Shown: positions 45,001-54,393 of the stretch, piece by piece
Numbering within the stretch: position 1 is the stretch's first letter
Layout of the letters: each line of letters opens with the position of its first letter
Source: Eledone cirrhosa
Lineage: Eukaryota
Assembly: GCA_964016885.1 (NCBI GenBank)
Contig: OZ024757.1
Span: 11,594,001-11,658,000, forward strand
Length of the DNA: 64,000 nucleotides
Direction: 5' to 3'
Position numbers and translations under genes: made by a program
The notes under the pieces: generated by a model
What the model saw: only the letters and a program-made list of their open reading frames with translations
The model's database searches: none
Told to the model about the DNA's origin: nothing

Positions 45001-46795
45001 TATGGGGCTACTATCAGCTCAACGTAAGGAGCAATTATATTAAGTGTATTGAGTTCAAAACTCAAGCATTCCTTTACAATGAAATAGCTCATAGAAAGAA
45101 ATATTTCTGAGCCGTATAATACAAGTAAATATAAATTAATATATATGATGAAACACAAATACTAACATATCGGTGTTTATATTGTAAAAGAAATTAAGTT
45201 AGTTAGTATGAAATATACTAATTATAATATTACAGTTTGCCAATCTCGATTTAAAATAATAAATCAATAAAAACAAACAGTATTGTCAAATGGCCATGGT
45301 GTTTAGACAAATTTAAATTTCAAAATCAAACCCGTTCCGTGGAAAAGTATAAACTTTAAAATCCAAATATATTTCGAGATGAATAAGTGTAAGGATATCA
45401 TGTCCAGCTCACATCAGTAAACACCCTGAACAAATTGATATGCTTCACTACTAAATATTTTAAAAGACTGTTTAACGCACATAGTTATCAAATTTCTAGC
45501 CAGCCTCATACTCGTACTGCTAGAAATAACAGCCATATATATGGGGCTACTATCAGCTCAACGTAAGGAGCAATTATATTAAGTGTATTGTGTTCAAAAC
45601 TCAAGCATTCCTTTACAATGAAATAGCTCAAAGAAAGAAATATTTCTGAGCCGTATAATACAAGTAAATATAAATTAATAGATATGATGAAACACAAATA
45701 CCAACATATCTGTGTTTATATAGTAAAAGAAATTAAGTTAGTTAGTATGAAATATATTAATTATAATATTACAGTTTGCCTATCTCGATTTAAAATAATA
45801 AATCAATAAAAACAAACAGTATTGTCAAATGGCCATGGTGTTTAGACAAATCTAGATTTCAAAATCAAACCCGTTCCGTAGAAAAGTTTAAACTTTAAGA
45901 TCCAAATATATTTCGAGATGAATAAGTGTAAGTATATCATGTCCAGCTCACATCAGTAAACACCCTGAACAAATTGATATGCTTCACTTCTAAATATTTT
46001 AAAAGACCGTTTAACGCACATAGTTTTCCAGTTTCTAGCCAGCCTCATACTCGTACTGCTAGAAATAACAGCTTTATATATGGGGCTACTATCAGCTCAA
46101 CGTAAGGAGCAATTATATTAAGTGTATTGAGTTCAAAACTCAAGCATTCCTTTACAATGAAATAGCTCAAAGAAAGAAATATTTCTGAGCCGTATAATAC
46201 AAGTAAATATAAATTAATATATATGATGAAACCCAAATACCAACATATCGGTGTTTATATTGTAAAAGAAATTAAGTTAGTTAATATGAAATATACTAAT
46301 TATAATATTACAGTTTGCCTATCTCGATTTAAAATAATAAATCAATAAAAACAAACAGTATTGGCAAATGGCCATGGTGTTTAGTCAAATTTAAATTTCA
46401 AAATTGAACCTGTTCCGTAGATAAGTTTAAACTTTAAAATCCAAATATATTTCGAGATGAATAAGTGTAAGGATATCATGTCCAGCTCACATCAGTAAAC
46501 ACCCTGAACAAATTGATATGCTTCAATTCTAAATATTTTAAAAGACTGTTTAACGCACATGGTTTTCCAGTTTCTAGCCAGCCTCATACTCGTACTGCTA
46601 GAAATAACAGCCGTATATATGGGGCTACTATCCGCTCAACGGAAGGAGCAATTATATTAAGTGTATTGAGTTCAAACTCAAGCATTCCTTTCCAATGAAA
46701 TAGCTCAAACAAAGAAATATTTCTGAGCCGTATCATACAAGTAAATATAAATTAATATATATGATGAAACACAAATACCAACATATCTGTGTTTA
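1..46795 (-). repeat. Tandem satellite array, 539-bp monomer (534-551 bp variants), about 87 copies, open at the left window edge; retrozyme-like (one hammerhead per monomer)
   Basis: The unit GCCTATCTCGATTTAAAATAATAAATC...ATATTACAGTTT recurs every 539 bp. The ORF track repeats at 806, 1345, 1884 ... 46045. Monomers differ only by scattered SNPs and small indels. Confidence 0.98.
598..725 (-). ncRNA. Type I hammerhead ribozyme motif of the satellite monomer (representative copy; repeats every ~539 bp from 60-187 to 46376-46503)
   Basis: Minus strand: GGUGUUUA (stem I) - CUGAUGU (core, A9->U) - GAGcUGGA...UUCAuCUC (stem II) - GAAA - CAuAUUUGGAUUUUAAAGUUuAAAC...GUUUGAUUUUGAAAUUUAAAUuUG (long stem III) - UC (GUC site) - UAAACACC (stem I). 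Confidence 0.85.
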
Positions 46796-46871
46796 ATTTG
46801 TTTTATAATATAAACACAGATATGTTGGTATTTGTGTTTCATCATATATATTAATTTATATTTACTTGTAT
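46735..46871. repeat. Fold-back inverted repeat terminating the satellite (61-bp arms, 15-nt spacer)
   Basis: 46735-46795 ATACAAGTAAAT...ATCTGTGTTTA is the reverse complement of 46811-46871 TAAACACAGAT...ATTTACTTGTAT. Confidence 0.95.
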
Positions 46872-46905
46872 ATACATATATATACACATATATATATATA
46901 TATAC

Positions 46906-46938
<33 letters not shown>

Positions 46939-47037
46939 CATATATACATATATACATATATACATAGATATATATATATACATATATACATATATACATA
47001 TATATATACATTTATATATACATTTATATATATATAT

Positions 47038-47118
<81 letters not shown>

Positions 47119-47260
47119 CATATATACATATATGCATATATATATACATATATATATACATATATATATACATATATATACATATATATATATATACATA
47201 TATATATACATATATATACATATATATATATGTATATATATATATATGTGTATATATGTA

Positions 47261-47291
<31 letters not shown>

Positions 47292-47391
47292 ATATATATA
47301 TGTATATATGTATATATGCATATATGTATTTATAAATGTATATATGTATATATATATATAAATATATATATATACATATATATATATATAC

Positions 47392-47448
<57 letters not shown>

Positions 47449-47522
47449 TACATTTTCCTTTAACTACAAATTATTATATACTTTCGTCTTTTCATTAATT
47501 TAATTAATTTCAAATAACCAGA

Positions 47523-47576
<54 letters not shown>
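46872..47576. repeat. (TA)n/(TACA) compound microsatellite with a ~75-bp AT-rich island
   Basis: Direct inspection; the source of the spurious YI-repeat ORFs. Confidence 0.97.
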
Positions 47577-47578
<2 letters not shown>

Positions 47579-47694
47579 TCATATTTATATATATACTCTT
47601 CTCACTCACACACAAGAAAAACAAAAAACAAAAAAAAAAAAAAAACATATATATATATTGAAATACTTAACTAAAACACACACTCAAAACTAGA

Positions 47695-48858
47695 ATGGCT
47701 AACCAGCAAAAATCCAAACAGAACTCGTCTGATAATGAAATCGACATTCTAATAAACACATGGCATTGCCTTACCCAAACAGAAGACATAGATGCTTCAT
47801 GTCTGAACGACATTGCTAAACGTACAGTTCACCTTTTGAAAACCCGATCTGAACAACAGATTCAAAATAAATTAAAGCAAATCGAAATTGCTTTTAAATT
47901 AATCAATAAACATTTGGATAAACTACGGTGTGTTTTTTCTTCGGATGCTGTCCAGCAGCAGCAACAACAACATCATCAGCTACAACGGCAACAACAACAA
48001 CAGCTACAACAACAACAGCAACAACAACATCAACAACAACAACAACGACAACAACAACAACAGTGTGAACCACTCCTTGATTCATCAACAATGGCCGATC
48101 TACTAAATGAAACTATTGACCTCCCAGTAGCCTCTGTCTCACAGCAGGAAACGCCACATCATTTCTCTGGCCCAGCAGTCCAATCATCACCACTGCCAAC
48201 ATCTTCTTCTCTGCCTACTACTCCTACTACTACTCCATCTTTGCCTACTGCTATCTCAAGGAATTTACCTTCTAATACCAGTACAAGAACTCTCCCTCCC
48301 ACAACCCACAAAGGTCGTCAAATCCTACTCAAACCATCATCTACACCTCTCACAACACACACACCCACATACCCACCCACTCGAAACCCCATCATTTGCC
48401 GCTACTCTCTACGCTATAGAATATGTACGGATAGTGGCTGCAAATTCACCCATTTACCTAGGACAAAACGGTCTATCCCCACAAACAGCCACCACCATAA
48501 TACATACTCTAATTTAACTCCAACACAACCACCAATAACTCAAACAAGGAATCCACAAATATGCCGCTTTTCCCTGCGAGACAGATTGTGTTTAGACCGG
48601 GATTGTCCCTTTACCCATCTCCCGGGGACCCGTCGGACAAATGAAAATAAAATTAAAAATAAAAGCAAAAACAAAAACCATAACCTACATAAAAATAACC
48701 ACTACCACAGTCACCAACAGTCTTCTAAACAGGAAACTTCTTCCTCTTTTTTAGCCATAATGAATCTGGCAAAAGAACTGGAAAAAAACATTCGAGCTAT
48801 CACCCAGCACCACCCTCCACTATCACCCCACTGCACAAACTCCCATTGCTGCCATTAA
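47695..48858 (+). CDS. LINE ORF1 protein, 387 aa: helical N-terminus, poly-Q, S/T/P linker, two CCCH zinc fingers
   Basis: Open ORF directly upstream of and overlapping ORF2. It carries CRYSLRYRICTDSGCKFTH and CRFSLRDRLCLDRDCPFTH (C-x8-C-x4-C-x3-H twice). Confidence 0.8.
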   Translation: MANQQKSKQNSSDNEIDILINTWHCLTQTEDIDASCLNDIAKRTVHLLKTRSEQQIQNKLKQIEIAFKLINKHLDKLRCVFSSDAVQQQQQQHHQLQRQQQQQLQQQQQQQHQQQQQRQQQQQCEPLLDSSTMADLLNETIDLPVASVSQQETPHHFSGPAVQSSPLPTSSSLPTTPTTTPSLPTAISRNLPSNTSTRTLPPTTHKGRQILLKPSSTPLTTHTPTYPPTRNPIICRYSLRYRICTDSGCKFTHLPRTKRSIPTNSHHHNTYSNLTPTQPPITQTRNPQICRFSLRDRLCLDRDCPFTHLPGTRRTNENKIKNKSKNKNHNLHKNNHYHSHQQSSKQETSSSFLAIMNLAKELEKNIRAITQHHPPLSPHCTNSHCCH

Positions 48859-51800
48859 CAAACAAACAAATTAACAACACACCAAAACAATTAAAACCAT
48901 CCACTCTCGCCTCTACATTTTTGCTTAACGCCCAAGGCATCAGCCCTTCCACCAATACTCAAAAATGGAAGATCAAATTCCTGGAGGACTGGATTGATGT
49001 CCATCCAAACCACATCCCTTTCTTCGTCCTCACTGAAACCCATCTCAGTAACCTCCACTTGGAAGCCGAGGTGAAAGTGAAAAATTTCAAAGCCATCCGT
49101 GCTGATCGCGCTGGCAGAAGAAAGGGCGGAACTGCCATTTATGTCCATAATTCTTTCTCAACAGAGGCTATGAACATATCCACTAATGGATACTGCGAAG
49201 CAGTCACTGTATTCAGTCAAACCAACAACCTAATAGTAGTTGGGCTCTATAGGCCACCCCAAACGCCTGTACCATGCTTCAAGGAATGCCTCAACAGCAT
49301 AAAGTGTTTCATCCAAGAGTGTCACCCTGACAACATCTTAATGATGGGGGACTTCAACCTCCCCGGAGTTGACTGGTCCACAAATAGCCTGCTACCAGGT
49401 TCTTCTGCCTCAACCTCTGACAGGGAAGCAGTGGAATCGCTTCTTGACTTCATGGATGATTTCTTCCTATCCCAACTGGTGCTCGAACCAACGAGGTGCC
49501 ACAAAAACGTCGAAGACTTAATTTTCAGCAATCACACTGACACTATCCACAATATTGCAGTGGAGAAAACTCTACTCTCTGATCATGACATGGTTCTCTG
49601 TGATCTGAGATTCCACCGCCCAATATACAAACCCAATGTCATCTCTCCTGTCCATCCGTTTGACGCTATGGATTTCCACAATGCAAACTGGGAAGCGATC
49701 AGTCATGATCTTTCACATGTCGACTGGTCCTTCACGCACACTCATACACCCACTAACATCAAAACGTCCTGGCAGACATTTGTGGACACTGTTACAAACA
49801 TATGTGCAAACCACACCCCATTAAGAACTATAAACAAATCTAAGAGCAGAATCCCTAGAAATAGAAAAAAGCTCATCAGGAAAATTAAGAGAACTAACAA
49901 AAAAATCAACAAGCTGAAATACTGTCAGCAGCAACACATCAACTTGACTGCCATTTCATCACTAGAGATTAAAAAACATAACCTCCAAAACAACATAATG
50001 TCTCTCATCAACAATAAGAGAAGAGCTGAAGAGGCCTGGGCCATTGAGAAGATCAAACTCAATCCCAAAGTGTTCTTTTCATTTGCAAAAAAACACAAAA
50101 TCACTGGCTCTACTGTTGGCCCTCTAATTGATGAAAATGGCACTCTTCAAGACAATGCTAAAACCATGGGTGAGATACTGCAGAAACAATACTGCTCTTT
50201 TTTCAGCAATCCTGATATGGCCGATCTGGGCTGTATCGGCGATGTTACTCCCCATTACACCTTATCGGACATAACGTTTGGCGCCCTGATGTCTTAGCGA
50301 CAATAAAGGAAATCAAGCATAATTCAGCAGTAGGTCCCGATAGGTTCCCTGCTTGTGTCTTGAAGGCGTGTCAACACCAACTTGCATCTCCTCTTGCCAA
50401 TCTGTGGCGGAACTCACTGGATGCTGGATATGTGCCAGAAAACCTTCTATCCCAGTCTGTTGTCCCAGTTTTCAAAAAGGGAAACAAATCCCTTGCCGTG
50501 AATTACCGTCCAATCTCACTCACCTCTCATATCATTAAGGTATTTGAGAGAGTGGTGAGATCGCGAATGACCCACTTCCTTGAGAGTAACAATATGCTGA
50601 ACTCCAACCAGCATGGATTCCGCAATGGAAGGGATTGCCTGACGCAGCTACTGCATCACTTTGATGACATTTTGAGAGCCTTGGGAGAGGGTTCCAACAC
50701 TGATGTTATCTACCTTGATTTCAGCAAGGCCTTTGACAGGGTTGATCATAACATTCTACTGAGAAAACTGTCCAATATTGGTGTCACTGGAAAGCTGCTG
50801 CAGTGGATCAAGAGCTTCCTGTCATACAGAACCCAACATGTTGTAGTTGAAGGAGTCAAATCCAGCCCAGCCAAAGTCAGTAGTGGGGTCCCACAAGGCA
50901 CTGTATTGGGCCCACTTCTCTTCATCATCTATATTAATGACATCACTGATATCATCAAACACAGCAACATTAAAATTTTCGCTGATGATTCCAAGCTCCA
51001 AAAGATCATCAATGGCGTGGATGACCGGATAAGCCTTCAGTCAGACCTAATAGCTGTTACCCAATGGGCGGAAAAGAACAACATGTTACTGAACGAAGAC
51101 AAATTCGAACTGATCCACTTTGGAAAAGAGGATCCTCTGAAACTCCCGTACTCCCTTCCCTCCGGGGAAACTCTCGTGGCATCTAACAACATCAGAGACT
51201 TGGGAGTAACCGTGGACAGCAACATAAGCTGGGCCACGCATATAAGCAGCAAAGTTGACATGGCCCGCAGAATGTGTTCCTGGATCCTCAGAACCTTCCA
51301 GTCAAGAGATTCCCACACCATTATCCTTCTCTTCTCTACTTTTGCCCGACCACACATTGAATACTGTTGTCCACTGTGGTCTCCCCACACGAAACAAAGT
51401 ATCATGAAACTTGAAGCTCCTCAAAGGGCAATCACGAAAAAGATAGATGGCATGTCAGACCTTGACTAGTGGGGTCGACTAGAAAAGCTGAAACTTTACT
51501 CACTCCAACGTCGCCGTGAGCGTTATATTATCTGCATGATGTGGAAAATGTTCCATCATCACTGCCCAAATGATGTTGGCATCGCCTTCAAGATACACCC
51601 AAGGCTTGGGCCCCGTGCTATCCGTCCCATACAAAAATCTAAATCGCAACTCATAACAACAATACGGCACAATTATTTCACCTCAATTGGCCCTGCTCTC
51701 TTCAACATCACACCAGGACACGTCAAAACAGAAACTGACCACACAAAATTCAAGAAGTCTTTGGACAAATTCCTCCAAGTAATCCCGGACAAACCACCCA

Positions 51801-51865
51801 CACCCGGATATGTCTCCGCAAACAGTAATTCTCTTCTCGAATGGGCCATGGTGCCCAAATCCTGA
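48846..51865 (+). pseudogene. LINE ORF2 (apurinic-type endonuclease + reverse transcriptase), disrupted by a frameshift near 50283 and an in-frame TAG at 51467-51469
   Basis: APE motifs LTETHL, GLYRPP, MMGDFN, SDH. RT motifs NYRPISLTS, QHGF, YLDFSKAFD, SGVPQGTVLGP, FADD. After the TAG the frame continues WGRLEKLKLYSLQRRRERY, a CR1-like C-terminal motif. Confidence 0.93.
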
Positions 51866-51952
51866 ATTGAAAGACTTCGCCAGGTGGTGCTATTAAGTTA
51901 GACATGGCCTGGGCCAATACTGGCCAAAACATTTCAAAGTTATTCAAAGTTA

Positions 51953-51979
51953 TATACATATATATATACATATATATAC

Positions 51980-52026
<47 letters not shown>

Positions 52027-52099
52027 CATATATACACACATATATATATATATATACATATATATACATATATATATATATATATACATATATATATAC

Positions 52100-52131
<32 letters not shown>

Positions 52132-52141
52132 GCATATATGT

Positions 52142-52198
<57 letters not shown>

Positions 52199-52451
52199 TA
52201 TATACATATATATATATACATATATACATATATATATATGTATACATATATATATACATATATACATATATATATATATACATATATATATACATATATA
52301 TATATACATATATATATACATATATACATATACATATATGCATATATATATATACATGTATATATACATTTATATATACATATATATATATACATATATA
52401 TATATACATATATACATATATATATAGATATATATATATACATATATATAT

Positions 52452-52482
<31 letters not shown>

Positions 52483-52483
52483 T
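51953..52483. repeat. (TA)n/(TACA) microsatellite
   Basis: Direct inspection. Confidence 0.97.
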
Positions 52484-52485
52484 GT

Positions 52486-53500
52486 GTAGATAAATCTACC
52501 AAAATGTATGGTAGTGTCCAATCCGTATGAAGAACTCAATGTAATCCGAATATCATGAAAAGAGATGTATTCAAAAAAAATGTTCGTTGACAAATACAGG
52601 AAAACAAAGTCAAGATAAATTAATAAAAATAATGAATAAACAAAGAAACAGTTCCTTATATTAAAAAATTCATCATTTTACGATCGTTTCTAGGATATAT
52701 ACGTGTTAGTGTTGGTATGCATATCATATAGATCTATGTAAAATGTTTACAAACTATCGGAAGGAATATACATACCTACACATATATATGCTGTTTTCAG
52801 AAATAATGATATTTGTTTATGGAAAAAAACCAACAAAGATTTAATACAATAGGTCTGTTTGGGAACAGGTTTTGAATTGACCAATAGAAAGATAGTGAAG
52901 GTCAAGATGGTAGAATAGTAGTAATAGATCCTTAATTTAGGGGTAGAGGAAGGTAGATTTCAGTTTTGGATGGAAAGAATATTATGAATGAAAGATTATT
53001 TTAGGGATGAAAATAGGTAATATGCTGTCTACAGAAATAATTATATTTGTTCATTGAATAAAACTAACAAAGATTTAATATAATAGGTCTGTTTGGGAAC
53101 AGGTTTTGAATTGACCAGTAGAAAGGTAATAACTGGTCAAATGGTATAATAGTAGTAATGGAACTTTAATTTAGGGGTAGAAGGAGGCAGATTTCAGTTT
53201 TGAATGGAAGGAGTATGATGAATGAAAAGGTTATTTTAGGGGTGGAAACAGGTCAGGTCGGTAAAAGGTACACGAAAAATTGCTGTTATAAAATAATAAT
53301 ACCATTGTAAATATCTAAGGAGACTAAAATTTTACGATAAAAGTGTTAGTGAAAAAAATATATGGAATTTACATCTATGAAAATAAAATAAATTAATTAA
53401 ATTTATAGGTATATTTATATTGATAAAATTATATTAATGCATATAGATATGCTAAATAAGAGTTAGATGTAATTGAAGAGTGCTGCTAAAAACGAGGGGA

Positions 53501-53546
<46 letters not shown>

Positions 53547-53741
53547 TTGGGGGGGGGGGGGGGGTTAAAATTATTAGTGAGAAATATAAATATATAGAGA
53601 TTACAAGGAACATAGAATTATAACCTGAAATTAAAACAGTATATATGTATACTTAATGGTATCAATTTTAGGAAAAGATAGTTGTAAAAGGGAAATAAAA
53701 TTATGTAGTTCATCAGTAGTAGAATATTAATTATAGGTTAA
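52486..53741 (-). mobile_element. Non-coding 3' portion of a Penelope-like element; diverged copy of 62121-63360
   Basis: Collinear similarity of 52615-53741 with 62121-63360, including an internal ~235-bp duplication, a TA tract, a poly-G run and the hammerhead. The other copy is attached to a GIY-YIG coding remnant. Confidence 0.75.
52670..52809 (-). ncRNA. Hammerhead motif with long stem II, core mutated (CUGAAAA, G8->A)
   Basis: UCAUUAUUU-CUGAAAA-[~110-nt hairpin]-GAAA-CGAUCG-UA-AAAUGAUGA. Confidence 0.6.
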
Positions 53742-53853
53742 CTGCTCGGCTTCGCTGACGGTGGTAAAGTTCCTGGTGAAGTTAATCGCGTCAATCAGCA
53801 GGCTCTCTGATATGGAGGCGTAGTAGTCCTCGATGTCTAGCTGCAGGAAACGG
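53742..53853 (-). mobile_element. Inverted ~112-bp fragment of the RT region of the downstream Penelope-like element
   Basis: Near-identical reverse complement of ~55134-55246, which encodes RFLQLDIEDYYASISESLLIDAINFARNF. Confidence 0.9.
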
Positions 53854-53967
53854 TCTTGTTTATCTTCTAATACCAACCCACCTAAACAAATTTTCCCTAC
53901 TATATATCTGTTGAATTACTATTCTTGGGGTTTTTATTTATTTTTATTTATTTATTTATTTATTCAT

Positions 53968-53998
<31 letters not shown>

Positions 53999-54282
53999 TA
54001 TATTTATTTATTTATTTATTTACTTTTTCGTTTTATTTTTATTTTACAAAAGCACTCCGGCTAATTGACCACTCCCCAAAGAAAAAACGGTCTGTGCCAT
54101 GTTATGGTCCTGTGTATCTAAATACCAACCTACCCCAAAATCCCCCCCAGCCACCACCCCTCCCTTATCACTACCTAAATGTATAAATACCAGAACTTAA
54201 TATGGCACCCAGCTTCCTGAAGATTTCATCTGAATGAAACAGTTCTAGTCCTGTAGAAGCTCCTTCTATACAATAAATATAT
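53851..54282 (+). repeat. Hammerhead-containing pLTR-like module with (ATTT)n and AATAAA, copy 1
   Basis: Highly similar to 58434-58876. Contains the hammerhead at 54211-54261 and AATAAA at 54272. Confidence 0.85.
54211..54261 (+). ncRNA. Type I hammerhead ribozyme motif
   Basis: AGCUUC-CUGAAGA-uUUCaucuGAAu-GAAA-CAGuucuagucCUG-UA-GAAGCU: 6-bp stem I, GUA site, U-U at the base of stem II. Confidence 0.75.
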
Positions 54283-54393
54283 GTTACTCTGCTATGTATT
54301 GAGTACCTTACTTACTGTCGTTATCCCCGACTCAACCCGGGACCTACGTATCCAAGCACACCCTAGTGCCCCTATAACCATCTCCAAGAAAAT

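Larger units (their letters stand above)
47577..51952 (+). mobile_element. Near-full-length non-LTR retrotransposon (LINE) of the CR1 group, flanked by (TA)n on both sides
   Basis: ORF1 plus APE-RT ORF2, and a short 3' UTR with a GGCC hairpin region ending in tandem TTCAAAGTTA x2, similar to CR1-type tails. Confidence 0.88.

Noticed and set aside
806-46236. Repeated 63-aa hydrophobic ORF ([10 protein letters not shown]...) on the minus strand of most monomers
   Set aside because: It starts at a non-ATG codon, is frameshifted in many units, has no recognisable domain, and its composition is what AT-rich DNA gives by chance. Its recurrence simply reflects the repeat.
1-46795. CRISPR array, or a 5S/tRNA/snRNA/SL-RNA gene cluster
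   Set aside because: There are no unique spacers or cas genes, and I could not recognise 5S, tRNA or snRNA sequence in the monomer. An Rfam scan would settle this.
52516-52560. UCCGU-AUGAAGA...AUC-AUG as a hammerhead (also 56715-56755, minus strand)
   Set aside because: C3 and GAAA are absent and stem II does not pair.
53833-54186. 117-aa and 137-aa (58383-58796) ORFs with FIYL repeats
   Set aside because: They are produced by (ATTT)n within a non-coding repeat module.
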